Origin: an uncultured Nitrososphaeraceae archaeon
GTDB taxonomy: Archaea > Thermoproteota > Nitrososphaeria > Nitrososphaerales > Nitrososphaeraceae
NCBI GenBank assembly: GCA_963779615.1
Contig: CAVZZA010000003.1
Span: 448,001-512,000, forward strand
Direction of reading: 5' to 3'
DNA: 64,000 bases
The notes under the pieces are model-generated. The model was not told the origin of the DNA. It worked only from the letters and a program-made list of their open reading frames with translations, and did not search any database. Shown here piece after piece: positions 19,906-30,106 of this stretch (within the stretch, counting starts at the first letter, position 1; every line of letters begins with the position of its first letter). The position numbers and the translations under genes are program-made.

Positions 19906-20910
19906 ATGTGTATTTTCCACAAAATGACATATAGCATAGCCTTTCATTCGTATAAAGGAGGGACCGGAAAGACAACAATAGCTTCAAATTTATCTGCGTT
20001 TTTGGCAAAAAAAGGCTATAAGGTATGTCTTTTAGATTTAGATATTTACGCCCCTAGTTTGCAAACGTATTTTGAGATAACGCCTAAAAAGTGGATAAAT
20101 GATTACCTGTACAGTAATGCAAAATTTGAGGACGTGATTACAGACCTTTCACCATTAATAACCTCAGAAACAGAGGGGTCGTTGTCAAATGGAAAACTGT
20201 ACGTTGGGCTATGTGCCTCCAACAAGGAGGATTTTATCAGACTTGAAGGGGGAAACAGTGATTTCAGAAAACAGTTATTTCACAAATTGATAATGTTCAG
20301 GGAAAAGCTGATTGAAAAGTACAATTTGGATTACATAATAATTGACACCAGCCCAGGTGTAAGATATTGGTCGTTGAATGCATTAGCTATTGCAGATGTA
20401 TTCTTTCTGACATTAAAGATGGGAGACATAGATATTGAGGGCACTAAAAAAATGGTTAGCGAAATATACCACTCATTTACTGAATATGGTTCAAAATCTT
20501 TTCTCATCTGGAACAAGGTTGCAGGCTACTGTATGCCTCAACCATATAAAAAGGAGGAGGATGAGGAGGAGGGGAAGGTGAGAGATAACGAAAATTCAAA
20601 GCTAAAGGAGTTAAAGTTCACTAGCGGCAACACCAACGCAGACAGTTATTCTTTGTCATTGCTATCTGCAGAAAAAAAACAACGTCAAACTCAAGTGCGG
20701 GATCAGAAGAGAGAGCAGATAGATACCGAAGACAGGCTTTCTGACAAAGTCGGAATGAAGGTTATCTCCACAATTCCCTGTTATTGCGATATTCAATTCA
20801 GCAAAAAAGAATTCTTGACCGCCATTCAAATTCCCCATCCCTTTTCTGAAAAAATAGAATCGTTGGTCAACTCAATACAAAAAGAGTTGGTAGACAAAGA
20901 ATATGAATAG
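19906..20910 (+). CDS. MinD/ParA-family ATPase
   Basis: Deviant Walker A KGGTGKTT, LLDLD and IIIDTSPG. Confidence 0.92.
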   Translation: MCIFHKMTYSIAFHSYKGGTGKTTIASNLSAFLAKKGYKVCLLDLDIYAPSLQTYFEITPKKWINDYLYSNAKFEDVITDLSPLITSETEGSLSNGKLYVGLCASNKEDFIRLEGGNSDFRKQLFHKLIMFREKLIEKYNLDYIIIDTSPGVRYWSLNALAIADVFFLTLKMGDIDIEGTKKMVSEIYHSFTEYGSKSFLIWNKVAGYCMPQPYKKEEDEEEGKVRDNENSKLKELKFTSGNTNADSYSLSLLSAEKKQRQTQVRDQKREQIDTEDRLSDKVGMKVISTIPCYCDIQFSKKEFLTAIQIPHPFSEKIESLVNSIQKELVDKEYE

Positions 20911-21557
20911 AGCATCCTGAACTCACACAATAATAATAATGGCGGGAAAATAAAAAAGAAGAAAGAATGTACTTAGTTTGTGTTTTAGTGTGCTTCGTGA
21001 TTGTGCTTATCCAATTCCTCAACTGAATCGAATGATGCTCCGCACTGACAATCAAATTTCTTACTGTCTTGAGACATTACACAATTAATACGAACATACT
21101 ATTTATACATACTAAAACGATGCACATCATCATTTACATAAAAATTTTCAACCATGTCATCTTCTCATACAATAAATCAATAGCCATGTTGTTCAGAAAG
21201 CTAGCAGACAAGCAGAGTGTGTGATGGGCATAGCGTCTGTCCAGGTTGAATGTTTTTCCCATCATGCAACAAAATAAACACTAATCAAATGGATTACAAT
21301 CAGAAATTTAGTTTTTTTAACTTTTACCTTTTGCAATATTGAAAACAATTGACATAACACGTTTGATTAACTTCATGTTGCAAGGTTTTAACCCTTCTTT
21401 TCACAGGTGCCAATCTCAAGCTAATGGCACCATCATAACAGTCTCAAGAAAAAATTGTTGAACATCAACGCAATACACAATTTTAAGTGGTTTTTATTCA
21501 AAATAATAATTGAAAAATGCAAATAGATATATGCACATGATAACCCGAGGTCCAGCA

Positions 21558-22268
21558 TCAAGCATGATTATCTTCTTTATTTTGGCTATTCATTTCATGT
21601 TCTTTGATCTGAAAATAGCACCTAAACCAACCACTGGCCTTTTTTGCCACCTCTTCTAGTTTTCCATCCTCTTCAAATAAATGACTTGCACCTTGTATTA
21701 CCATCATCCTCTTTTTTTCTACCTTTTCTAAATGCGTGTTTAGTATTTGTTGATTCCACTCAATGACTTGGGAATCCTTTTCTCCAACTATGAACAAGGT
21801 CGGGCATTTTATATTTTGAAGAGAGGAGCATTTGGAAGACAAATCAACCCTTCCACCCCTAGACACGATGGCGCTGATGTTATCAGGTTGTCTATCCGCT
21901 GCAATCAAGGCGGCTGCAGCCCCTGTGCTAGCCCCAAAATATCCCAATAGCATGTTTTTTGTATTTTCTTGTTTGATTATCCATTCAGTGGCAGAAATCA
22001 ACCTGTGTGCCAAAAGTTCAACATTAAACCTATGTTCCCTTGTTACAGCATCAACTTTTTCTTCCTCCTCTGTGAGAAGGTTTAGCAGCAATGTGGACAC
22101 ACCATCGTTATTTAACACCTGGGACACGAATTGATTTCTCGGGCTATGTCTTCCGCTACCACCACCATGTGCAAATATAACAAGTCCTTTTGAATCTTTA
22201 GGTGTTTTTAGTTCCCCCTCAATACGGCAATGTTTAGAATCTTTGTTTAAGGGTATTGTAATCATCAT
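21558..22268 (-). CDS. Dienelactone hydrolase-family alpha/beta hydrolase
   Basis: Motifs FAHGGGSGRHSPRN, GYFGASTGAAAA, VSRGGR and GASHLFEE. Confidence 0.9.
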   Translation of the reverse strand: MMITIPLNKDSKHCRIEGELKTPKDSKGLVIFAHGGGSGRHSPRNQFVSQVLNNDGVSTLLLNLLTEEEEKVDAVTREHRFNVELLAHRLISATEWIIKQENTKNMLLGYFGASTGAAAALIAADRQPDNISAIVSRGGRVDLSSKCSSLQNIKCPTLFIVGEKDSQVIEWNQQILNTHLEKVEKKRMMVIQGASHLFEEDGKLEEVAKKASGWFRCYFQIKEHEMNSQNKEDNHA

Positions 22269-22611
22269 GTCTTCATTTTTTTATGCCAATATTCATTTGT
22301 TCAGTAACTTAATGTAAAATGCGGTTTATAAGAATTTTTTTTTGAGCATTTCATTTGAAACACGCTCATCAACTTTTAACAAGTTGCTGGCCTCAGTTAA
22401 GTGTGATAGAAACTTTTTAACTTCTATAGCCATTTCTAAAGCGATTCAACAGATAACATGTAAAACAAATAACCTGCTTTGGCGCACCACTCGGTGGTCA
22501 CCATTGCCTGCTACCCCAGCCAGCCCCTTTTGTATCCATTCAATAAAAAACCAAAGATTTATTTTTTGTGACCTTCATTACAGTTTATTATGAATATCAA
22601 ACTTCTTCTAC

Positions 22612-23373
22612 ATGTATATAGTGGGTATGGACAATAATAGTCAATCAAAACTAAAATTAAGTGAAATATTCTGCTCTGTACAAGGTGAAGGTCCACATGC
22701 CGGAACTTCTTGTGTTTTCCTGCGCCTTGCGACCTGTAATCTCAAATGTTCCTGGTGTGATACAAAGTATACCTGGGATTGGGAAAACTATGATTTTGAC
22801 AAAGAGGTTAGAGAAATAAGCATTGAGGACATATTGAAAAGAATTACGGACTATCCAAATATTTCCCATATTGTAATCACAGGAGGCGAACCGCTTTTAC
22901 AACAAAATAGATTGATTCCTCTCCTGAAATCAATCAAGGATAAAAAAAAGGAAGGCGACATGTCCCATTGCCACTATATTGAGATAGAGACCAACGGAAC
23001 CGTTATCCCTCTCAAAGAACTAATGCAACTAGTTGACCAATGGAACATCTCACCAAAGACCGCTAATTCGTTTAATGAAAAAAACGGCATAAATTTGGAA
23101 AATCTTTATAAAAAATCTTTATCCATTTTTAGGGATTTAGAAAACTCATTTTTTAAATTTGTTATAGATAAATTTGACGACTTTAAAGATATAGAACAGT
23201 ATGTGCAAAACTACGGTCTTCCAAAAGAGCGATTAATCCTAATGCCACAGGCAACCACAAAGGAAAAACTTTTGGAGAAGAGTGTTTGGATCAATGAGTA
23301 TGCAAGAAAAAACAACTTTACCTTTTCTACTCGCTTGCAGGTATTGCTATGGGATAACCTGAGGGGGAAATGA
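22612..23373 (+). CDS. queE: 7-carboxy-7-deazaguanine synthase (radical SAM)
   Basis: EIFCSVQGEG, CNLKCSWCDT, ITGGEP, IETNG, ISPK and RLQVLLW. Confidence 0.92.
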   Translation: MYIVGMDNNSQSKLKLSEIFCSVQGEGPHAGTSCVFLRLATCNLKCSWCDTKYTWDWENYDFDKEVREISIEDILKRITDYPNISHIVITGGEPLLQQNRLIPLLKSIKDKKKEGDMSHCHYIEIETNGTVIPLKELMQLVDQWNISPKTANSFNEKNGINLENLYKKSLSIFRDLENSFFKFVIDKFDDFKDIEQYVQNYGLPKERLILMPQATTKEKLLEKSVWINEYARKNNFTFSTRLQVLLWDNLRGK

Positions 23374-23742
23374 ATGAACATCACATCAGGCACCAAACAA
23401 TGAAAATAAAACCCCAAGCACAAAAAACCTCAATCAAGATTATTAATTATATTAAATACCTCTTGCCTACATAATAAACAAAGAAGAAAATTTAACGCAA
23501 TAGCCTGGGGGAACTGAAATTTCGCATGGGTCATTAACATGAGCTAACAGGACATAATTCACGTCAGCGCCATGGATACTAGCGCATACCTTAGTTTTGG
23601 CCGGAACATATGGGGAGAAGGTAGACCCCAACCAAAAAACAGCAGGATAACATGAAACGTCATTCAGCATTTCAACAAGATAATGCGCATGTTCTCTTGT
23701 CGCCATTCCATAACCACAGTAAAAAAAATATAGAATGTCATT

Positions 23743-24027
23743 TCATTTTCTGTTTTTACGATTTTTAATGCAATCTGTGCAGCAAAGCGAATAAGATGGA
23801 TCATGGTCTTTTCTGTGTTTCACTGTGCAATTTTTACATTGATCAAACGGACAATAGTCGCATTTCCTTAATTCATTGTCACATATCAACTGATTGCATA
23901 TTCTGCAAAATCTGACGTGATCATTACAAATTGTGTTGTTGCACTGCTGGCATCTTTTTATGTCTTTGCCTCTGGTTACGCTTATGTTTTTTTCACAAAC
24001 AATGCATATTTTTTTTGCAGATGGCAT
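23743..24027 (-). CDS. Cys-rich multi-zinc-finger small protein
   Basis: 94 aa with 15 Cys arranged in repeated CxxC-x4-C units. Confidence 0.7.
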   Translation of the reverse strand: MPSAKKICIVCEKNISVTRGKDIKRCQQCNNTICNDHVRFCRICNQLICDNELRKCDYCPFDQCKNCTVKHRKDHDPSYSLCCTDCIKNRKNRK

Positions 24028-24321
24028 TCTCCTTTTGCCCTTTCCTCCGTTGCTTCATATTAATTATATATATCATACCAAATGCCTAAAACTCTACCTA
24101 TAATGTTGAGTAATTGTTTAGGTCATTTGGTGTTGTAGCTGCACCCCCATCCAATGAACATGGCATAATCCATAACTGCTCAAAGGTAAAGGATTTATCG
24201 ATAGTCACTCGAGGTATCGTTTAACGAGTTTATCATATGACTCCAATACAATTGCAAATTTGTAAAGATAAAAAACAGTCAAGCCACATCTATAATATCT
24301 ATACTCACCCATACTTGATAA

Positions 24322-25035
24322 ATGAATGGAATCATGTTTGACATGGATGGCGTATTGATTGATGCAATGCCCTACCACGCTGAAGCTTTTCAAATCGCAT
24401 TTAAAGAGCACGTCAATTATGAGATTGACAAAAAAGAGGTTTTTTTGCTGGAGGGAATGCCAGGTCCTGAACTGGTTAAAGAAATTTTCAAAAGGAACAA
24501 AATTGATGGATATTGTGATGACAGCCTTGTAAAAAAAATCAGCGAGAGAAAAGGACAAATATTTAAAGATATTCAAAATGCTAAAGCACTTGAGGGAGCC
24601 AAAGAATTAATCGATTCGTTAAATTGCGATAATTGTGTAAAAGCAGTGGTTAGTGGGGCATCCTTACAAGAAGTCGAGTCACTCCTTGACAAGGAGTTCA
24701 AATTGGATGATTTTGATGTGATAATAACAGGCCAGGATTTAATGGATGGAAAACCCGACCCCGAGCCATTTCAAACAGCCCTTGAAAGGTTAAATCTAAA
24801 ACCTTCAGAAGCAGTTATAGTTGAAAATTCTCCACTGGGCGTGGAATCCGCAATAAGGGCAGGAATACGGTTTATAGTAACGCTTAACAATACACCCCTT
24901 GGGCTTTCGGATTTTAGGGGCCTTTTACCCAAAGAGAAAAGCGAAATTAACAACATAGTGTTCAGAGATACAAAATCCGCCAGCAAATTTTTAAGAGATT
25001 GGTGCTGTGAAGGAAAAAAACCAGATGGCCCCTAG
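24322..25035 (+). CDS. HAD-superfamily phosphatase (beta-phosphoglucomutase-like)
   Basis: FDMDGVL, VSG, GKPDPEPF and VENSPLG. Confidence 0.93.
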   Translation: MNGIMFDMDGVLIDAMPYHAEAFQIAFKEHVNYEIDKKEVFLLEGMPGPELVKEIFKRNKIDGYCDDSLVKKISERKGQIFKDIQNAKALEGAKELIDSLNCDNCVKAVVSGASLQEVESLLDKEFKLDDFDVIITGQDLMDGKPDPEPFQTALERLNLKPSEAVIVENSPLGVESAIRAGIRFIVTLNNTPLGLSDFRGLLPKEKSEINNIVFRDTKSASKFLRDWCCEGKKPDGP

Positions 25036-25245
25036 CAAAATTACTATCTTTTTATTTTGAATACCATTAGCAAGACATTCAAAATAAAAGGAAGGGATTG
25101 CTTTAGTTGATCCAAAGCTTGTGTTACCCATCATGACATTTCGCCTGGCAAAATTTGAATAGTATTTTATATGATAATATCAATCTTGTTTTTTTTTATG
25201 GTTTTCTTATAAGAATTTTTAATATATTGAAAAAGGTAACATAGA

Positions 25246-25701
25246 TTGATTATGAGAAATATTACCACAATAATAGTAATTTCTTTGATTGCTACAATTT
25301 TAATTATAAATACTAATTATGTTTTTGCAAAAGAGCATGATCTACCCCAGGAAAATAAGAATACAGACACAAGCCCAGAAAAAGACTGCAAGGGCAGTGA
25401 CAAATGCACCATTGAATCACAACAGGATGAGGACTGCAAGGGCAGTGACAAATGCACCATTGAATCACAACAGGAACTGTCACAGAAAAACAAGAACACA
25501 GACATGAATCCTGGCGGGGACTGCAAGGGCAGTGACAAATGCACCATTGAATCACAACAGCAACAAACAAATCAGGATATGAGTTGTGTCAAAAGTGCAA
25601 AATGCATAAACCAATCCACATCCCACATCGTAATTTGCAAGGAAAATTCAATGTGCCTGGTGCAATATGACGGTCCTTTCGAGTTATCAAATCCTTATTG
25701 A
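25246..25701 (+). CDS. Secreted Cys-paired repeat protein
   Basis: Signal peptide, three DCKGSDKCTIESQQ repeats and two diverged C-x5-C units. Confidence 0.75.
   Translation: MIMRNITTIIVISLIATILIINTNYVFAKEHDLPQENKNTDTSPEKDCKGSDKCTIESQQDEDCKGSDKCTIESQQELSQKNKNTDMNPGGDCKGSDKCTIESQQQQTNQDMSCVKSAKCINQSTSHIVICKENSMCLVQYDGPFELSNPY
25384..25560 (+). repeat. Three identical 42-bp intragenic direct repeats
   Basis: gactgcaagggcagtgacaaatgcaccattgaatcacaacag occurs at 25384, 25432 and 25519. Confidence 0.95.
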
Positions 25702-25730
25702 AGCGCGGAAAATCACAAACCATATTTTGG

Positions 25731-26078
25731 CTAGGTCTTTCGCGGAAACATATTCTCATAGGGCTCCAAAATGCTTTTACAGAATTTAATTCCCTCAGGT
25801 GTAGACTTGTACATTGTGACTACCCTCTTTCCCGTGGTCACCTCTTTCTTCATGATTAGTCTGTTTTTTTCTAAATCATCAATAATTGGTTTGTGTTTTT
25901 TCAAATTTAAACCACAGAAACTAAACAGCGCGGTCTGATTCATTTCATTATACTCCACTAGTTTTAGAATTACATCTTTTATAATGTAAATCCTATCCCT
26001 ATAGATGCTTGCCGATGAGGGTGAAGAAGGAATGTTTTCAGACACAGAGGAAGAAGCCACCGCATCTGAATCAAGCAT
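25731..26078 (-). CDS. Winged helix-turn-helix protein (archaeal ArnR1/HTH_45-like)
   Basis: YRDRIYIIKDVI...NQTALFSFCGLN...YKSTPEG. Confidence 0.8.
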   Translation of the reverse strand: MLDSDAVASSSVSENIPSSPSSASIYRDRIYIIKDVILKLVEYNEMNQTALFSFCGLNLKKHKPIIDDLEKNRLIMKKEVTTGKRVVTMYKSTPEGIKFCKSILEPYENMFPRKT

Positions 26079-26218
26079 TTATAATATTTATACCAAACTT
26101 AACTATAATATTTTTAATTAATAAAGAGCATTATAAAAATACTGAAAGATATACCACCAGCACTAACTGTTCATATCCACAAAAGTTTAAAAATTCACAA
26201 CAGTTTATATATTTGTTT

Positions 26219-26389
26219 ATGATTGTTCAGCAATTGATTTGTGACGAATGTAAAATAGTATTATTAGAAAAAGATACAAAACACCTAAATGATGAAAAGT
26301 TTCCAATATCAGACGAAGAAGCTAAAGTTATAGATGAAAACCATAGAGGCCACCAATGCCATATAGAAGTAGTGGAAAAGTTACCATAA
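26219..26389 (+). CDS. Small zinc-binding hypothetical protein
   Basis: 56 aa from the ATG at 26219, with CDEC and HRGHQCH. An AT-rich TATA-like sequence lies just upstream. Confidence 0.7.
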   Translation: MIVQQLICDECKIVLLEKDTKHLNDEKFPISDEEAKVIDENHRGHQCHIEVVEKLP

Positions 26390-26695
26390 CCAAACCATGC
26401 AACAAAACACTACCAAGGTCAATTAATTATTCCCTTTTTTGTCAAAGCCTTATTCACAAGCATAGAACAAGATATCCTACTTTTTTTAAGTCATGAATGG
26501 AACACGGAAAAGACATGCAAAAATAATAACCGTGTTAAAAAAATGAGCCGAAGCCTGCGGGTATCAAAGTCAAGAAGGTTTAATTGGCACAATCAATTAA
26601 GTTACTAAACTCTAATAACAATAAAATACTGCATTGATTATGCGGAATCCGCTGACCGAAAGATTCCTTTTCAGTCCAAGAAAAGACAGCATGAT

Positions 26696-26881
26696 TTATG
26701 ATGACAAAAAGACCATCTTGTGATTTTCAGAGCAAAAGTAATCGATTTTCCTTACACCTAAACTTGAGCCACCCTCCACATGAGGCCATGAGTCTTTGAT
26801 GATTATTTCGATTCCACAGTACGCACATGCTATTTTTTCCTCTTTTCCTTCTTCTTTGCCCTCTTCCCTATTCATAAACAC
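26696..26881 (-). CDS. Small TRASH/YHS-like metal-binding protein
   Basis: CAYCG...YFCSENH. Confidence 0.65.
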   Translation of the reverse strand: MFMNREEGKEEGKEEKIACAYCGIEIIIKDSWPHVEGGSSLGVRKIDYFCSENHKMVFLSS

Positions 26882-26961
26882 AATTAGATAAAACGATAAT
26901 TAACTATTATTATCCGGAGCGATAAAAAAAGAATTTATGTAAGATCAGTAAAATAAACATA

Positions 26962-27267
26962 TTGTCTTTTTTTGGAAATTCATCAGGAAACAACAGCAAG
27001 AGTAAAAATCGCGAAAAGTACAAGGAGCTTACACTCGCAATCAAACAAACAGTATTAGAAAGATCAAAAAACAGGTGTCAAAACTGTTCAAAAAAACTAT
27101 CAGGGTCAAATCAGCCCCAGTTTCAACACATCAATAAATCAAAAAAAGACAACAGGCCAGAAAATTTGCGTGTTCTTTGTTTAGAATGCCATGGCGGCGC
27201 TAACGGAGAGCGGAAGGACAATAATATGGTGTTTTCATCACTAAAAAAAATATTTTCGAAAAAATAA
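26962..27267 (+). CDS. Small HNH endonuclease-like protein
   Basis: RCQNC...FQHINKSKKDNRPENLRVLCLECH. Confidence 0.75.
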   Translation: MSFFGNSSGNNSKSKNREKYKELTLAIKQTVLERSKNRCQNCSKKLSGSNQPQFQHINKSKKDNRPENLRVLCLECHGGANGERKDNNMVFSSLKKIFSKK

Positions 27268-27354
27268 AACAACAGGAAATATAAAAATTTTAATTTTTTT
27301 AGAGGTATAATGTAGCAGTCATATATATCGTCTAGATAAAAATGAACGGTAATT

Positions 27355-28170
27355 TTACTGCAGAGCGATTTTTCCATTCATGTATGGGTGTAAAGTGCAG
27401 AAATACTCATACTCTGAATCCCCTAAAGTAGATGTATCAAGAACATACTTTTTACTATTTAGTATTATTGATGAGTCAAAAGATTTCCCATCGTCTTTTT
27501 TGCTTGTAACGGTATGGGGAACATTGTCATTATTGGTCCACTCTATCGCGTCACCCTTTTTTACAGTAATAGTTGATGGATCATAGCTTGGATTCCCCTG
27601 ACCAGAAGCACCAGGGGGTATTGAGGCAGGAAAAACTTTTGCGTTGATGACTTTAGGGATAGTATTTTTTGCGGAGTCGTCTGTTTTGTTTTCAGAGCCT
27701 CCAGCAATTGCAGAGCTGCTGCCGATTCCCGTCCAAGTGGTCGATATGATAACTCCAGAACCTATAACCATCAAGGCTATACACGCAATTGTTACTTTAT
27801 CAAGGTGTGCATATTTTTTATATGATGCAATGATGATTATCAAGGAAAGTATGCCTATAATGGCTACAACGGCAATAAACGAAAGTATAGACGGAACCTT
27901 ACTGCTAGCTTGAAAGGCACCAACTAGTCCAACACTTATAAGCAAAGTCAAAATAACCGCAGTGGCCGTTTTTGCTTTTTTTGATCTGGGAAACCCATCT
28001 TTGAATAACCCACCAGTTAACATAATCAATCCAAAGAACATGCATAAAATTGAAACAGCATGCATTCCATCCATAAAGGTTTTAGCTATACCAGATAATG
28101 CAATGGCAACTCCAAGAGCACCAACAGATGTCAAGCCAGCTCCAGGTATGAGCAAGTCCCAATCCGTCAT
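27355..28170 (-). CDS. Membrane-anchored cupredoxin (blue copper) protein
   Basis: About 5 TM helices from MTDWDLL. C-terminal type-1 Cu ligands in PHTVTS and YFCTLHPYM. Confidence 0.9.
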   Translation of the reverse strand: MTDWDLLIPGAGLTSVGALGVAIALSGIAKTFMDGMHAVSILCMFFGLIMLTGGLFKDGFPRSKKAKTATAVILTLLISVGLVGAFQASSKVPSILSFIAVVAIIGILSLIIIIASYKKYAHLDKVTIACIALMVIGSGVIISTTWTGIGSSSAIAGGSENKTDDSAKNTIPKVINAKVFPASIPPGASGQGNPSYDPSTITVKKGDAIEWTNNDNVPHTVTSKKDDGKSFDSSIILNSKKYVLDTSTLGDSEYEYFCTLHPYMNGKIALQ

Positions 28171-28284
28171 GAATATACAAATAAAAAAGAAGATGAGCAT
28201 AATTAATAGTTTCTTTATTGTTAATTGTCTTGCCTTTATAACGGCCAAGATTAAGATTACTCGGTGTCTACGGTGAGATAGGGA

Positions 28285-28731
28285 ATGTTTGAAAATGAGG
28301 AAAGGGGAGAAGGGGAAGGACCATCCATAACCAAAATAAGAAAAAACCACTTGGTTTTCCTTAATGATTGGTCACACAAAAATAAACCACTGGAATCATG
28401 TGCCATCCTTGCTGGAAAAAGTAAGGACAATCAGTTTAATGTTTTAGAAATAATACCGATGGAGAACGATGATAAATCAGACACAAGGTTTTCAATGAAT
28501 GAGGAAAAACTTTTTTTGGTTTATAAAAAGGTAGAATCAATCGGTTTATCGGTTGTTGGGATATATCACAACCACCCTTCAAAACCAACACCATCAAAAA
28601 CAGATATTACATACATGAGGATCAATCCGGTCCCATGGGTAATCTATTCAACAACAACACACGAGACGAGATGCTACATCCATAATGAAAAGGAGGGAAT
28701 AAAAGAAATCGAGTTAATGGTTACGGACTGA
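28285..28731 (+). CDS. JAMM/MPN+ (M67) metallopeptidase
   Basis: ESCAIL...GIYHNHPSKPTPSKTD. Confidence 0.9.
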   Translation: MFENEERGEGEGPSITKIRKNHLVFLNDWSHKNKPLESCAILAGKSKDNQFNVLEIIPMENDDKSDTRFSMNEEKLFLVYKKVESIGLSVVGIYHNHPSKPTPSKTDITYMRINPVPWVIYSTTTHETRCYIHNEKEGIKEIELMVTD

Positions 28732-30040
28732 TCCTAGCTGTATCCCTAGGATATAAGACAACCTCTCGGATATTTGCCATATGTGACAGAACCATAATCA
28801 GCCTGTCAAAACCCAAACCACATCCAGAATGGGGAGGCATGCCCCATTCAAAAGATCGCAAATGATCAGTAAAGCTATCAACAGACAACCCCTGGCTTTG
28901 CAGCCTATGTTTGAGCTTGCCGATATCATGCTGTCTTGTTCCCCCGGACACCAGCTCAAGATATCCAAATTGAAGATCAAAAGATTTTGACAGCAATGGG
29001 TTGTCTTCATGTTCATGGATATAGAAAGGTTTCAAGCCAAGTGGCCAATCAGTGATAAAGAAAAAACTGTCATACTTTTCCCCAAGCTTCCTTAGCGAAG
29101 AGTCTGGAAGGTCGTCTCCAAACTCTATTTTTTCATCCAACTTTACAAGTTCTTCCAGACAGTCTTCATAGCTTAAACGAGGGAAAGGGGAAAGGATAAA
29201 GTCTGAAATTGGCTTGTCTTTTAAAAAATGGAAATCCGATTGGTACTTGACTGAGTCGGTTAAAAATTTCAAAATTATCTTCACTAGATCTTCAATCATA
29301 TCCATTATCTCAAAGCAGTCAAGGTAGGCAGCTTCAACGTCAACGCTTATAAATTCATTTAGGTGTCTTGCGGTGTGAGAATTTTCGGCTCTGAAATATG
29401 GAGCTATTTCAAATACTCGATCAAGCGAAAGTACAAGTTGTTCTTTGTATAACTGAGGGCTTTGGGCCAAATACCCTTTTCTTTTAAAATAATCAAATTC
29501 AAAAAGGTTTGAGCCACCCTCACTTGCACTCCCAATGATTTTTGGAGTATTTACCTCAATAAAGCTATTCAAGGTAAAAAAATCACGGATAATTTTCAAG
29601 ACCTCAGATCTTAGCAAAAAAATTTGAGAGACTCTTGGATTGCGCAGGTCCAATGCCCGAGAATCAAGCCGGTTGTCCAAATTTGACTCTATCCTACCAG
29701 TAGGATCGATAGGCAAGGACAGACTGGCTTCAGAATAGACATAGATTTCCTTAACCGATACCTCAACTTCAAAATTTCTGGATTTAGTCGGCTTTACTGT
29801 CCCAACTATTAGGATGCTGCTTTGCCTGGGTATAGTTTTTGCCTTTTCTAAATTATCACCAAAAAGAACAGACTGAATAGCACCTGTAATGTCCCTCAAT
29901 GTGAGAAACCCAAGTTTTCCTATATCACGGAAATCTTCAATCCAGCCAGCAATTCTAACCTCAGTTCCGACCTGTAAATTTTTTAAATCCTTTGAGAAAT
30001 GAGTCCTTGTTAACATCTTGCGGGGTTTACTTAGAGCCAT
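28721..30040 (-). CDS. aspS: Aspartyl-tRNA synthetase (archaeal, probably non-discriminating)
   Basis: OB-fold, then YLAQSPQLYKE, FRAENS, GMPPHSG.GLGFDR and YPRD. Confidence 0.97.
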   Translation of the reverse strand: MALSKPRKMLTRTHFSKDLKNLQVGTEVRIAGWIEDFRDIGKLGFLTLRDITGAIQSVLFGDNLEKAKTIPRQSSILIVGTVKPTKSRNFEVEVSVKEIYVYSEASLSLPIDPTGRIESNLDNRLDSRALDLRNPRVSQIFLLRSEVLKIIRDFFTLNSFIEVNTPKIIGSASEGGSNLFEFDYFKRKGYLAQSPQLYKEQLVLSLDRVFEIAPYFRAENSHTARHLNEFISVDVEAAYLDCFEIMDMIEDLVKIILKFLTDSVKYQSDFHFLKDKPISDFILSPFPRLSYEDCLEELVKLDEKIEFGDDLPDSSLRKLGEKYDSFFFITDWPLGLKPFYIHEHEDNPLLSKSFDLQFGYLELVSGGTRQHDIGKLKHRLQSQGLSVDSFTDHLRSFEWGMPPHSGCGLGFDRLIMVLSHMANIREVVLYPRDTARISP

Positions 30041-30106
30041 GATTATTTATTTATCCTCTGTTTTTTAGTCCATTTATCTTTTATTCATTGGTAAGGTTGG
30101 TACCCC

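Noticed and set aside
22612-23373. queE and folE as a 7-deazaguanine DNA-modification (dpd) system
   Set aside because: The genes are 20 kb apart with no dpdA/tgt-like neighbour. Archaeosine or pterin synthesis explains them.
23467-23706. 79-aa minus-strand ORF
   Set aside because: No motif or compositional support. It could be real but cannot be supported from the sequence.
25384-25560. 42-bp direct repeats as a possible mini-CRISPR array
   Set aside because: Spacers are 6 and 45 bp, the repeats are in frame within a secreted-protein ORF, and there are no cas genes nearby.
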